Shown here: positions 13,660 through 27,800 of the stretch, one piece after another | How the letters are laid out: every line of letters begins with the position of its first letter | Position numbering within the stretch: the first letter of the stretch is position 1 | Source: Balanoglossus misakiensis | Taxonomy: Eukaryota; Animalia; Hemichordata | NCBI GenBank assembly: GCA_040954595.2 | Contig: CM082591.2 | Location: forward strand, 795,882-859,881 | Reading direction: 5' to 3' | Length of the DNA stretch: 64,000 bases | Made by a program: the position numbers and the translations under genes | Notes under the pieces: generated by a model | Told to the model about the DNA's origin: nothing | What the model saw: only the letters and a program-made list of their open reading frames with translations | The model's database searches: none

Positions 13660-13752
13660 TTAACCCTTTCACAACCATGTTAAGGTCCAGATCTATTGTT
13701 TTCTATTGTACAATTGGACCTCTACAAAGGGAAATAGGGGTGACAGGGTTAA
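13660..13752. mobile_element. ~90-bp MITE with piggyBac-like ends
   Basis: TTAA|CCCTTTCAC...GTGACAGGG|TTAA; related copies lie in the opposite orientation elsewhere in the window. Confidence 0.7.
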
Positions 13753-16700
13753 TGATGCACACTTTTAATTACATATGTTGAATAATGACAATAGAAAAAG
13801 TGAACACAAAAAACTAAAAGGCAGAAATTAAATATTTTAGTATTAAGAATTGGGTACAGTCGCTTGTACTATTAGCCACTGTTGCATCAAGGTGGGACAA
13901 CATTGTGAACTTTGACACTGGATTGAACTTTAACCTTTCATATACTCAACAAAGTTCGACTAAGTCAAAAAGAACTTTGCACTGTGTAATACATAAACAC
14001 ACTGAGAATATACATAAACAAGCTTGGACCTTGGGTCTTGAAATAAAAAAATCAAACAACAAAAATTGAAGAAAAAACACTTTGTTTTTTTAAATGACCA
14101 TTCACAGTTCACAAGTGAGCACAATAGAAAGCTTAGCGAAAAAACTTGACAAGAAAATTAATTCATCATCACCAACAATCTGTTTACTCAGACAAGATAT
14201 CTATACATGTATATCTCTCCATTTCGTTTCTATCAATCTGAACACTTCTAAATTCTACAACAGTCAAAACATGAAAAGCCAAAATGAACATTTTCTACCA
14301 ACACTGTCACGACTTGTACAGTGCATAATTTATTCATAAGTGATGTTCATGTCATGAAAGCCTAGAGTGGCCTCCATTGTAAATGTCTGATCTAGTACGT
14401 ATACACACAAAGGCAATATTCTAGAAATATGCTGGACTGTGTGTGTGGTGAATTGCAGATGAGGTTTTGGCAACTTTAAGTTAAAGACAGAAGAGTCACT
14501 CTTTACAGACTCCATGCACAAGTCACTGTAAGTTCACCTTCTTGACTCTGATAAAGCCAACAGTAACAGTAAGAATGAGACTTATTTTCTGTACACAAAG
14601 TCGATCAAATTACTGAGGGGGGATTTGGATCAGTTTTAAGCATATAATCCCTTCGCATTTATTGAAAGACAATCTCGTTGTTCTGTGACAACCACCAAAG
14701 CTCTGTCTCACGACTTCATATTCCTGATTTATATTTCAATGATGGTAAATTTATCACAAAAGGCACTATCATGGAGATCAGACCTGCAAGCCCCTCAAGT
14801 ACTACACCCAGTAATCACACCCATTCCCTCTGAAATGGTTTCAACCTCAGCATTCAAATCAGTGGGGTAAACTACCGTAAACCACTTGGGTGGGGTGGGT
14901 AGGGGGAACTCTGCTTTCATTGATTACAAACTCAAGAATAAACTATTGTCATACTCAACCAACAGAGAGCAGAACAACAGATCAATGTCTACTTTCTGTG
15001 ACTGAAAAGTACACATTTAATTAAACACTAAAATTAACTACTTCAAAAACAAAAGTGAATTACAGCAACAAATAGATTTCAGAGGAGATAGAGCAACACA
15101 CAACACCAATTTTATTGGTACTGACTTTGACCTGTTGGCACTATTTAAATTAAAAAAATACTTGCTTTTAGCTTTGAAATTTGATTGTGGAATAAACTCT
15201 ATACTGTCAGCAATTGTTGAAGTCAAAATGCTGGTGAACTAGAAAATAATTAAAGTAATTCATTTAAGCATTGCAGGTACTTAGAAGAGCATCTCATTAT
15301 GGCAGTTTGATATGCAGCATAGGGTGTCAAGTGTTTGTCATCTTTGTACAAAGGCCACTTTTCCCATCAGTATTTAAGTTGATGCTTTCTCTTTCCTTCT
15401 ACGTAGGACGCCCTCTTGAGACAAAATTGAGGGCTTATCACATCTTCGTTACAATACAGTTCATCAAGTCCCTTTAATAAAAAGACAGCTGTTCCCTTGT
15501 GGTATTTTGAATGACAGGGTTGACATTTTCATACAACAGAGCATAATAAACATCAAGGATGACTTCTGAAAGTGACCTTGACCTACTTAAATGGACATGC
15601 TGTCGTTTCAAAATTTGACATCATTGAAATGAAGTGCCTATACTGACCGATCCCATCAAAGTTTTTGAACACAATGCAGCATAATTGTAGTGGGAACCGG
15701 TGAGAACTCTCTGTGCGCGTATACGTCAAGTACTGGACATTGTTTTAAGCTTAAAGCAAACAGAAGTAGAACTACTGTAAAATATGGTCAATTGTTAAAC
15801 TCAAAAGGTTAGAGTTGTTGAAACTGAACACAAATCAAGTGTATTTTCAGAAAATACAAATACATATTTCTATCATTTCTACTTTCCTTTAAGACAACTT
15901 TGAAGTTTCAAATAATCACTTTTTACGTCACAATTCCACAATACATATTCCCATCAAGAATTTGGACTCACAATAATTTATAAATGATTTATAAACGTGA
16001 ATAGCTGTCATCTGACAGAAACGCAGCCACAATTGATGAAAACCCAGTAGAAATTGGCATTAATTCAAAGCTACTGATATGTGAACAAAAAAAACACAAT
16101 GTACTGGTATATGGAAGCTCTACATCCAATCACTGCTTGAGAAAATCTAAAGCTACGACAAACATAACATTTTACTTGAAAAGAAATTCAGTAAATTCTT
16201 TGTTTCTATTTGCACTCATCGTTTTAATATAAAGCATTGTAAGTAGATCCATGGACATATTCAGATCCACCCCACAATTTTCACTGGGGTTGAGCCAAAC
16301 TATTGCGGCAAAAGGTGAGTTTCTAAATGGCATTTTTAAGCAATCTTCAAAATATTCTAGCAGCCGCAATGCTACTTAAAGTAGCACAGAAACAAGTATT
16401 TTGATCCCCAAATCCCTTTTCATGTCACACGCACATTTGAGGTGTGACTGCAGTAGCGTGAGAGTTTGATCAATGCTATTGAAATTTTAAATGCTTTTTA
16501 AGCAATTTGTATGTATATTATTTCATGTCCACATCATCTTTTTTTGAGTTGCATATTAATGATAATTAAAATATGGAAGAAGCATTCTATCACTGTGAGT
16601 ATAAACTGTATGTCCCCACAGTAGTTAGACTTACACATGGTGCCTGTCAGAATGTGTGTGGCAGGTGTCTCACACACACATACTTGCTACATTGTACATT

Positions 16701-17803
16701 AGTGTCACAAGAAATTTGTTACAATACTTGTGCAATGCTATTCACAAATTGTTACCCTATAATTGCTACTGTGGTAATGTTGACACACACAAACCTGTTA
16801 CAGTTTGTTACATTGCCACTTGTTTGTTGCAGATAGTAAATGTTACATAATTTTTACACTAAAAATGTTACAAATTTGTGTGATAATTGTTACACAAATT
16901 TGCAACAGTATAGAGTGTAGTATTTTTACATGATTGATACATGATTCTGCCATCTTTATGCAAAAATTTCTTCAATAACTAGAAGATATGCTTGATCACA
17001 TTTTTGTGAGTAATTAGATTTGTTCTGAACAGGGTATCCTTTTTTGAAAACCTCACCATTGTGAGATTTGATGCGTGGGCAAATGCATATACAGACACTG
17101 AAGTAACAAACAAGTTTTGAAAACACAAACAGGAGTACAACCCAAAATGTACAAATATCAGCAACAATAAATGCCTGTAACAGGAATGGAAGTTACAAAT
17201 GAACGGCCATTTGTCTCGTTTTGTTTAAATTTGAAAAATTCTGTGAACCAGCTTTCAGTTGTACACAGTGCAGTATATTCAAAGGGGAACTAATATCAGA
17301 TTTCTGGCTGAAATAACCCTAAAACTAAATGTAATGCGAGTTACAATTTGGCCCCAAAATGCAAAAGTTGATAGGATAAATACTATTATGAAAATAATCT
17401 TAAGGTTCTTGTACTACAGATAATGAAATAATAATAATAATAATGAAAACAAATTCAATATTTGGTATCTGAGACACAATTACATGAATCAAATATAGAA
17501 ATTATATTCAATTCAAAAGATTATGTTTGTGAGATGTATTTTGTGACAATGTGTACTGTTCCTGTTTGGCAGATAATGTTCCTAATAGCAAAGACCAGAC
17601 AGTATATACAATATCTTTCACCAATAGCGTAGTTACAACATCAAAAATATAGTTGAAAAGCTACTGTGATAATTGCAAGGGATTTGTCACAGAACTTGGT
17701 TCCGAATTCATATTTACATTGTAAGTACCAGAAGGTAATTGAGATGAATATTACCTTTTGACTTTTAGGTTAAGTTGCAAATGTTTAAAGGTCATGGGTT
17801 AAC

Positions 17804-18802
17804 TTATGACGGGTATTCCCGTTTTATCCTAAGATCTGTTGGCAAGGGTAGAGCTGCGATTGAAGGATGAGGAGAGAGACTCTCTTCTTCTCCATCATTA
17901 ACGTCCTCGTCGCTACTTTTTTCGTTCTTCTCAGGCAAGTCAAAGACTTCTTTGTACAAAGGAGGCATGGGCAGGTCAGGACCGCAGATTTTAAACTTGA
18001 CCACATGTTGATTGTGAAGTTCATTAAGAGAGCGCAGCTCTGGAAGGCGTAGAAGTAACTTGGGGAAAATGTGCTTGGAGGCGCCATGGTTACGTGATGT
18101 CTCCATCTTCAGAGCAGATAGAAGCTTGGCTTGTATCCTAGCAACTGCCCTGGGGTTTTGAAGTCCTGGCCGGTCTGCATACAAAGAGAATATGTTCATT
18201 AATTTCAACATTATCAGATTGAAGAGTTAAAGACAATTTTCAGCTTATTGCGAAATCTTGCAAGACTTGGTTTGTCGTTAATTAGGTTAATTGCTGTCCA
18301 AGTCAAACTAAAAAAAGGCTCAGTTTTTAACACCATTTGCTATCCTGAAGGCTGAACAAATTTTGTATGTACATTTGTATATGTGTTTTACAATAATCAA
18401 CATTTTACAGAAGCATGGGTTGTTGAATCCGTATTCCAACTTTAATTGTTAATTTCTCTTTTGTAGGACATCAAAGAATTTTCCACGGATGTTGCCAAAC
18501 TCCATCTCTTCTCTACCCAGCCCCAAACTACTCACCATCACTACAGAGTACCACTGCAGAAAGCAGAGCCAGTTCCCCCGGATTCACATCATTGCTGTGA
18601 AGCTCAATGGCAAATTTAAACAATCCATCCACAAGTTCCTCCGGCATGATATTCAGCATGAGTTGCCGTGGTATTCTGTCTCCAGTGTTGAGTGCAAAGG
18701 CGTTGTAGAGCACAAGTTCTATACAATCTTGTATGGTGAGGATCTCAAAGAGTCCAGTTTTCACCAGAATGAGTTGGTCATGGTGGTCCAATTGGGTGAA
18801 AC
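17804..18802 (-). CDS. Nuclear receptor ligand-binding domain, last two exons (18802-18536, 18174-17804)
   Basis: LBD signature F..L...DQ..L.K, the DRPGL motif, helix 10/11 [11 protein letters not shown] and AF-2-like PPLYKEVF. Confidence 0.92.
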
Positions 18803-21800
18803 CTGCAATCATGGAATGACGAGGAAAATGTTATATTCATTATGATAGTAGTAGACACTCAAGAGAAAGTAACTGTAATTAATCGTGTTCTGTTGAAGGT
18901 TTGTGTCCAACTCCACAAAAAGTATCTGTAACTCGCTTGTTCTGTTAACATCATGACTACCATAGACACTAAGATTCCCGTTAGTAATACTAGTATGTAA
19001 CCAGTAACCACTTTGTTTTAGAATCTTGCTTGGCATAAAAGGACGTCATCATGATGTCTTTCCAAGACTGGTTAGAAATTCCAGGATTATTCACAAGAGT
19101 GAGAAACCAGTACATTAGTGTTCAGAACCACAACATTGGTACCCTACCCCTAACGAAAATGAAAACTCTGAAGCGTCTCAGCCATAGATCAGCTGCACAG
19201 AAAAAAAAACTGATAAATATACTCACCAGGCACCCTCTTGCAGAAGGTGATAAGTCTTCTGATGTACTGTGATAAATTTTCTCCTACAACCGTCCACACT
19301 TTGATGTTTTCTTCAAATGAAGGTCCACTACCTATCAGAGATTCCAAAAACTTAATATATCTGCTGGCAAAATTCTTGGTGTGGGATACAAATTTATATT
19401 TAAAAGCTAACTTTCTGTTATGAAACTACATGTACTAACCTATCACATTCTGGGAGACTCACATCAGATTGCTCCCTCGGAAATAGAATCATGTTTAACT
19501 TTTTAGACATATTCTTTCTACTGGAGTTTTGCATTGTTTTAACCCTTTCACCCCCAATTCAATCTTTAGCGGTCCCACTTTGACACAGGAAACAATGGAT
19601 TTGAACCAAACCATGATGGAGAAAGGGGTAAATGAACCAGAGGTATTTCGAGGCCAAATCACATAACTCTTTAAACTTACTGAGTTTCTTTTCAGATTCG
19701 GATCCAAACAACAAATTCTCAATCTTCATGTCTTTGGGACTTTGCACAGTTGTGTCTGGAATTGTATCCAAGTTTTGTGGATTCTTTCTGTATCGAAGAC
19801 TCTCCCATTCACCGTTGCGTACCTTCATGAGAAAGACAGACATTAGAATAAAACATGCTGCCAGAATTCAGATGTTGCCATCAATGTATCTCAAACTAGA
19901 ATGGGCTTAAAGCCCCAATAGCTGCCACCTTAAGCATTTGACTTCAATCTTCCCCTTTATCTTTAGTCAACAAATGACAGGCACAGTATCACTGTACGAA
20001 TTGAAAAAGCCAATATCCATCATCATGAAATGCTCTTCTTTGATTATAGACCTGAAAGAGACCAGTGATATTGTACATTTATGTTCTTCTTTATTCACTT
20101 ACATATGCTTTGGCAGTGTCTCTATGTGCCTTGGTGACTTCCTCAATTAAAAGTTCAATTTCCGGATCCACTACCGGACTTGGTGGCGTCTCTTCCGTAC
20201 TTTCCCCACCGGCCACATCTGCCTCTTTCGGCGCCGGTTCAACAATATGAACCAACGGAAAATCTGCGTAATCTGTTTCTTTTTGTTTGTTTGGAATCCG
20301 GCCAATACGCACGGCTGAAATAAAAATGAAGTTTGTCACTGCCTGTGTTTAATTTACAAAATGCAGTAGCTACATGCAATAGTATGCAATTAAATGTAAT
20401 TTAAAAATCATCAGATTCAACGGTGTGAAATAGACAATTTTCCACATCTTGCAAGATCTCACATAACTTGGTTAATTACCATAGCAACGGTTTGCTAACC
20501 AACCAATACAGTCAAGCTTTGTATGAAACTAGAATAGACACTGAGGTTAACCGAAATTGCAACTTTTGTGTCGTTTACCACAAAGAGCCATGGGCACCTC
20601 TCAACTCCATGCATTTTATACATACCTTCTTTGGACATGCCTAACTCTATACATTTTTTGTATCTGCATGATGGACATCTGTTTCGCTTCGATCTGTCAA
20701 CTTCACATTGTCCACCTCGAATACAAACATATTCCTTCTGTCTCCGAAGACACCGCCGGAAAAATCCCTTTAAACAAAGAAGGAAACCATCATGAAAATA
20801 ATATGGAAACAAATTCCCTTTAAAGTGGAAACTTAAAAAAAAAACTACATGTAATATTGAACTCTTTTAAGAAACTTCCAAATCAAGCTGGCTTCAAAAA
20901 GATCGAGTTCTGACTTAACAATTTACAGCTCTGAGAAATGAGAAAAAACAAGGCTGATAAAAAGTTTTACACAACATGCTCTGATCGGAGTGATGTTACA
21001 GAACATTGTACTTACCTTACACCCTTCACAAGATATGATCCCATAATGCACTCCTGATGATTTGTCTCCACATATCCTGCACGCAACACTGGGAAAATCT
21101 GGAATGTAAACAGGGAAGGGGTAAATGCAGGTAATAGATTCAGAGGTACGTAAAATGTATAGCTCCCTCTATGGGTAGATGTAGGAGGCTTGGCTAACCA
21201 ATGATGTTAAAATACAGGGCGTTGTCCTGAACCTTTCCCAGAAAACAGGAAAAGGCTACTGTACGTGGGATTTCCACTTTCAAATGATACCAGTTTTGAT
21301 TGGCACATGAATAGGATGATGATAGTACAATGTGCCAATTGCACACCATATCAAACACTGGCTTTTCCGGTGGGAATAATAGGAGTGATTTCATAAATAA
21401 CAAACAGACCACTTTTTGATCATAATGAATTTCCTTTACGTAAAGATAATTCATACTTTGTTATTCAATATTTTTCATGAATGCGGATGGTAATTTGGTT
21501 TTTAAAAAAGTGCAAATCGGTAACTGTGCAAGATAGAGAGATGGAATAGATTGACCGTATCTCATGGCAATTAATGGGATCAGATCTTCACAGTCATGCA
21601 GTGACACATAAAGGCAAAGCCATGATTAAAGCGGTCACAAACAACATTTGAACCTCCGTGGAAAAGCGGTCGGTATTAACAACGTTCTAGAAACGGCACC
21701 TCATCTCGCAAACAAAGCGTGGGTGAGTGGACTGTGGGCGTTGAATAAAACACATTCACTGTCACCCATGAAGTCTTTCAATCATGAGATATTTACAGCT

Positions 21801-24800
21801 CAGTCGTTCTGTGACGCCCGAAAACTGTGAAAAACACTCCACTTGAATGGCGCCACCAACTTCCTGGCAATTACAGGAAGACACAAACAAGCCATCGCAT
21901 CACACGCAAGTCCTAAATTTAACTCTCATGTTCCACAGAGATGAAAACAAGATATTTTCCCTGAATAGCATGATTCATTATGACTAATGTTTGCTCTCTA
22001 CTGTAAAAAATATTCAAATACGCTTCAGCAAAGGAAAGCCATGTATTATCAGGTTGGTTCATCGACCCTGACCACGGCATGCAAATCAAGTTATGATGTC
22101 TCAGGTATATTGCTGTGTGAATTAACAAATAGTTGGTGACGTCTATAAAACCACAGACACTTGAATCACATACTGGTGATATATTTCAGTCAGGTTGTTG
22201 ACACATTCCGGGGAAAAAAACAGATCAGAGCTGAACCTCGAAACGTGCATATTGCAGAATCGATTTGTTTTCCCAATGGTTGCTCGTAACATGTGCATAT
22301 ATGTAACACGCATGTCACTCTATACATGTCGAGATGACGTCAACAAAGCAGTCACTGAGCGACAGCAATTTGCATATTCGCTTTCAAAACCCACGGTGAC
22401 AGATGTCTCGCTATCTGGGACACGTCTTTGCCGCACGATGACGTCGGCATGATAGGTTTCCAGTATTTTGTGTTAAAAATATTGAGGTAGCATTTTTTTA
22501 CTGAAGTCCCATCGTTTTAGTTACCATATCAATGTCTCTTTGGGTCAATCTGATCGTATCAAAAAGAAACAGGGGTTTGTCAACAATCTTCTTCTTTGAA
22601 AGACAAATCTAATTATAATTCTGATCAAATTAGGCCAATGGGAACATTATAACCATTTCAGAGTCCACAGTTTCAAAGGCGCGATTAATAACAAGGGACA
22701 AAGTGGTACAAATGTAGCCACGGGCTCGCTTGTTTTCTCTCATTAAAACCAGCCATCAACCAGGACAACCAATTATACAGTGCACCATTAAACCTTAGTT
22801 GCAGTGATGCATGGCTAGTTATAATCATATTGTAAGCTGCAGTTAAAGTTCCCCTGAAGCGTAGGTGGGGATAATGTCATTGTGTCTTGCATGAAAACAA
22901 CACAGAAGGAAAGAGTGTAAATATCGGTCGGGGAGAACCGGTTGATTTCTGGGAGTGGATCAAGGATTTTCGGAAAACAAAATTGTTGGCTGATAGTTCA
23001 GAGGAAACAAACATTTCTGCGGGGTGGCATTCTACTGATACATGCAACTGAATTGATTGAACCAATGGTTGACAGTCAGTCCTGTCATGTGACCAGCTGA
23101 GGCTTAATTGCAAAGACTTTTATTATAAAATGTAACAAACAAGGCAAAGTGATGGCCTGCTTACAGATACAGTCGGCTATTATTGTAAACAACTTCTGTT
23201 CTAATGCACAGCAGTGGGATCAATTTCCATGCATACCTAAAAGTAACTCAGTATCATTATAGATAACGACTGCTCCTTCCCAACATACATGTACTTATAT
23301 ATGATTACCGGGTACACTAGCCACAGAATTTTTCCCTTAAGGGATTGGTATACATTCATTTCGACTTCTGAGTTTTATATTTCTCAGTCACCCTGGTGCA
23401 CCTAATGCAATTCAAACTTCACTGTCCTGTGCACATAAGCGCACATAGACAACAGAGATAGACATATAATCAGCCACGTATGCCAGCAATGAACTTCTGA
23501 CCTTCAAGCTATCAATGAACTACAAGAATGCCTTTAACAAGTAGGTCATGTGCCATGTTGTACTTTTAAAAGTACAGCAACTGGGCATTGTCTTTAACCC
23601 TTTCACCCCCTATTCCCTCTTTAGAGGTCCAGCTTTACCATAGAAATCAATGGATTTGGGCCAAACCATGGTGGTGAAAGAGGGAAAGGGTCAATACAAT
23701 AAAGTAGTGGCATTTTAGACCTTTTTTCTGGAGTCACATATTTCTATTTTTCAAACCCTGCATGGAATTATTTTTGGAGACCATAAAGGTGTTCCGATAA
23801 AAATGGGTGCAGCATGACGAAATCTACATTTATGAAATTCAGTGGAATTAACCAACATTCAGTTAATGTTATAATGCAAATGTACGTGTACTGTTTGTTC
23901 AATCAACATATTTCCACTAAACCCATCTGTACATCAGCAAAACTTATGGCAGACAGAAAAAAAAACAAATTATCTCGATAATTTCAAAAGAAGCAGTATT
24001 GTACATTCCTTTCAGCAATATGGGTATTCATAAAAATCTCATTATCATTTCTAGTTGGGTCCCATTGGTATGTACCATGGGACCTTATGGGATCGGTTGC
24101 GTCTGTATGTATGTATGGATGTATGTCTGTATGTCCATCCACATCAAAAACTTGAAAACCGCTGCGTGTATCACCTTGATATTCAGTGTGCTGATGCAGG
24201 CTGGGCTGTAGATGGGAGTTTGTTCAAATGAAGTTGTCATTGCCAAAAATATGCAAATTAGCTGGAAAAATGTGAATTTGGTCAAAACTCAGTAACTCAA
24301 GAACTACTGGTCAGATTGCTTTGCAAAGTGGTGTGTATTTACTTTATTGAGTTGTTTTGATTAGGCAGGAACTCCCCTCTGTGATTCATATAAACACAGC
24401 AAATTCCTGAATGATTACATAACTGGCTAAGTTTTAAAGAGGCCAGCTGTTCTATTTAGTGTATGTACACTACATATGTCAGTGTTTGCCCATTGAGCAA
24501 AGTTGAACTTCATTGGAGAAAAGAAGAACCACTCCCGTCGGTCTTAATTTGCATTTTAACACTTTATTTTGCATTTCAATACTTGATTTAAATATGAGAA
24601 AAGCCTAACAGTTTTGTCTCACTGTAGTTAAAGTTTTGGACCTAGAAATATAAATAGTTTGTGTCCATGAGTTCGTATTGGGGATGTGTTAGCACTCTGG
24701 GCACCGTACTCCTCACGGGATCTGTTAACGCAGGTCAGTGCAACATGTTCCCCAAGCTTTTGTATCGCCTTCTTTTGCTGTGATTTGAGAGCTATACAGT

Positions 24801-27800
24801 GTTCATTTTGTAGACACAGGGATGTTTATGTTTGTGAGAGGCTCGCGCGAGTCCGCCATTGTATTGTTGTGTGCAAAAGAGGTCATGGGAGTTTGGGGAT
24901 GTGTTAGCACTCTGGGCACCGTACTCCTCACGGGATCTGTTAACACAGGTCAGTGCAACACACCCCAACCCCAAGCTTTTGTATCGCCTTCTTTTGCTGT
25001 GATTTGAGAGCCATACAGTTCATCTTGGCATTCATCGTCCCATCAGATCTCTGTGTCGACAGTCCGATATTAGATTGTTGTTGGGTCCCAATTTACATAC
25101 CAATGGGGCCCAACAACAATGGGATCAGTTGCGTCTGTATGTATGTATGGATGGATAGATGTATGTCTGTATGTCCGTCCACATCAAAAACTTGAAAACC
25201 GCTGTGTGTATCACCATGCAAATTTGCTGGAAAAATGTGAATTTGGTCAAAACTCAGTAACTCAAGAACTACTGGTCAGATTGCTTTGCACAGTGGCGTG
25301 TATTTACTTTATTGAGTTGTTTTAATTAGGCAGGAAACCCCTCCTGTGATTCATATAAACACAGCAAATTCCTGAATGATTACATAACTGGCTAAGTTTT
25401 AAAGAAGCCAGCAGTTCTATTTAGTATATGTACAATAAATATGCCATCGGCAGCTTATGGGTCAGTCAGTGCTTGATCTCTCGCTATGTGTGTGTCTGTC
25501 TGTCTGTCTGTATATGGCCATGTACTCCGGTGTAGACTTTTTCTTGTGTAATCACTCAATGGGACCACCGTGTCCTTGACGCAACTTTTTTATTACTGGA
25601 AGGACCGCTGTAATTTATGGTTCCAATTTCTGTGCCGCTCTCATAAAAAGTACAGATTCTGCCAGCGGCAATTAATCTAAGAGAAGCACAGAGTGTAGTC
25701 AGTGTTCGTTCAGAAACAGGTCACCTCTAGGAGGCTTTGACCTTGACCAAGGAATGATCCACTATTCCAGTTTTCTTTGCATTAAGCTGTATCAAGGCAA
25801 ACCCATTTTGAAGATCATGGTGGATATATTCTTGCACAGTGTGCTCTGTAAGCCATATGACGTGCCACTGACTCAACAAACTCACTGTTGACTCAAGAAC
25901 ATTTTACACCCCTAATGCATGGATCACCCCTGGTACATATATCAGGTTCAAAATTGTTTTCTTGGTCGTTTGTGTTTTTGTTCTCAAGTCATTTTGGAAT
26001 TACTTGTACAATCAAGTTATTAGTACAATGGGCTGTTCTACAAGTAGCTCGCATTCCTTGCATAGTCTTTTACTTGCATGTATTCAGAAAGTCGAGAGGC
26101 GTGACATTGATGGAGACCTTGACCTTCCAGTAACTGACCTGAGCTTTGTACATGCACTTGACAGTATAAATACACATGTTGGCATGTTGCTAAGCTTTCT
26201 TTGTAATGAAAATATGAATGCTATATTTATTAAAAATCTAAATCAATGTCTGATGTATACGAAATATAATGTAGATGACAGTGTGCAATAATGCCGGTAT
26301 CAGCAAAACTCTGATCTGTACAGCAATATCATATTTTCATGAAGCTATTTTGCATACGTTCTAGACAGAATCTGCAATCCGGTCGCACTTTAATAATCTG
26401 TACTACATACTGTGACAACACGGCATGCGACTCATCGCGAGGTGAAGGAACTTCATAAAAATCGACATACATGCAACGGACTGATCTCTGAATGTAGTGC
26501 ACTTTTTCAAAGACTATGGAACATCAGTTGGTGAAACACATTTTTACCCCTGACATTTTCAGATGCATTACTTTTGTGTCTTCATCTACTGTGCACGGCA
26601 CTCATCAAAGTAAATGCGTTCGGCTGTTCATTCCCCAAGCGTTTCACAGACAGTCCTTGTACTCTCTGAGCTTTTCTAATCTGTGAGTACACTTAATCAG
26701 ATTTGGAAAAAAATAATGATCTGATGAGACCCAGACAGCAAATGCTAATTTATGGAAACGATATAATTTCACATGTATGAAGTAGATGTGTAATAATTCC
26801 TGACATTTATAATAAGATAACACGTATCCTACTTCAAGTTATTTCAGTCACCAAATCCATTGTTTCTATATGATAGTTGGACCTCAGAAAAGAGCAAAAT
26901 GGGGGTGTTGAGGTTAAAAACTACATATTATATGTACAAATTAAGTCACCACTACGAAGAAATTGCTGAAACGTGCGTCCTTGTGCATAAAATTATAGCA
27001 GAGTAGTGACTGCATATAAAGTTGAAGGTTGCAGTGTTTGCTATTTCTCCTCACACAACAGATCAATATATTTTTGCAATCGGTTTCTTTCTACATTGAT
27101 TGTGTTTTCAAGTAGAAGACATTTTCCATTCCATCTGTTTATTGCAGAGTTTCCAGGGAGGGGGACAAATGAGGTTTCAACTTTCAACAGATAGGGAGAT
27201 TAGTGATACAGGTATACACAAACAAAACTATAAAATTAGTGAAACTATTAAAATCCTACAACACTTGTTTTTCTTGAAGTACCTGGTGCCCTCAATAGCA
27301 CAGTTCTTGGATCAACCTGCAGTTTTCAAACCCAGTACTCGTACAACATCTTTTTTCGTCAATTTTCAGGAGGCTATGGCCATAAAAATCTCCTCAGAGA
27401 TGTTTGGGGTATGGCAACTAATGTGGCAATTGAATCTTTTACCAGATGGGTCCTGTACACATTTATACAGCCACTGCAATTAAATTCAGTGAAAAACATC
27501 ACTACTGCACAAAAAAGAACTCTCTTTACCCCATGGTATAATAAATCTAGAACATACAGCCTGGCAAGTTGCCTAGATACCATTGTTCTTGAATATAACT
27601 GCAAGACTAGCATGAATGGCTTAACAGGCAGGCTGGTACCCACACTACCCTACAGCTTATTTGAAATCAATATATAAAACCACATTTTGCCAGAGTTTGC
27701 AGGAGGACAAAACCCTATAGAACAACTAAAACGAACATATAACGAGACACAATTGAATAATTTTATGTGCCTACGTATGTATTTATTGATTTGTTTCTGT

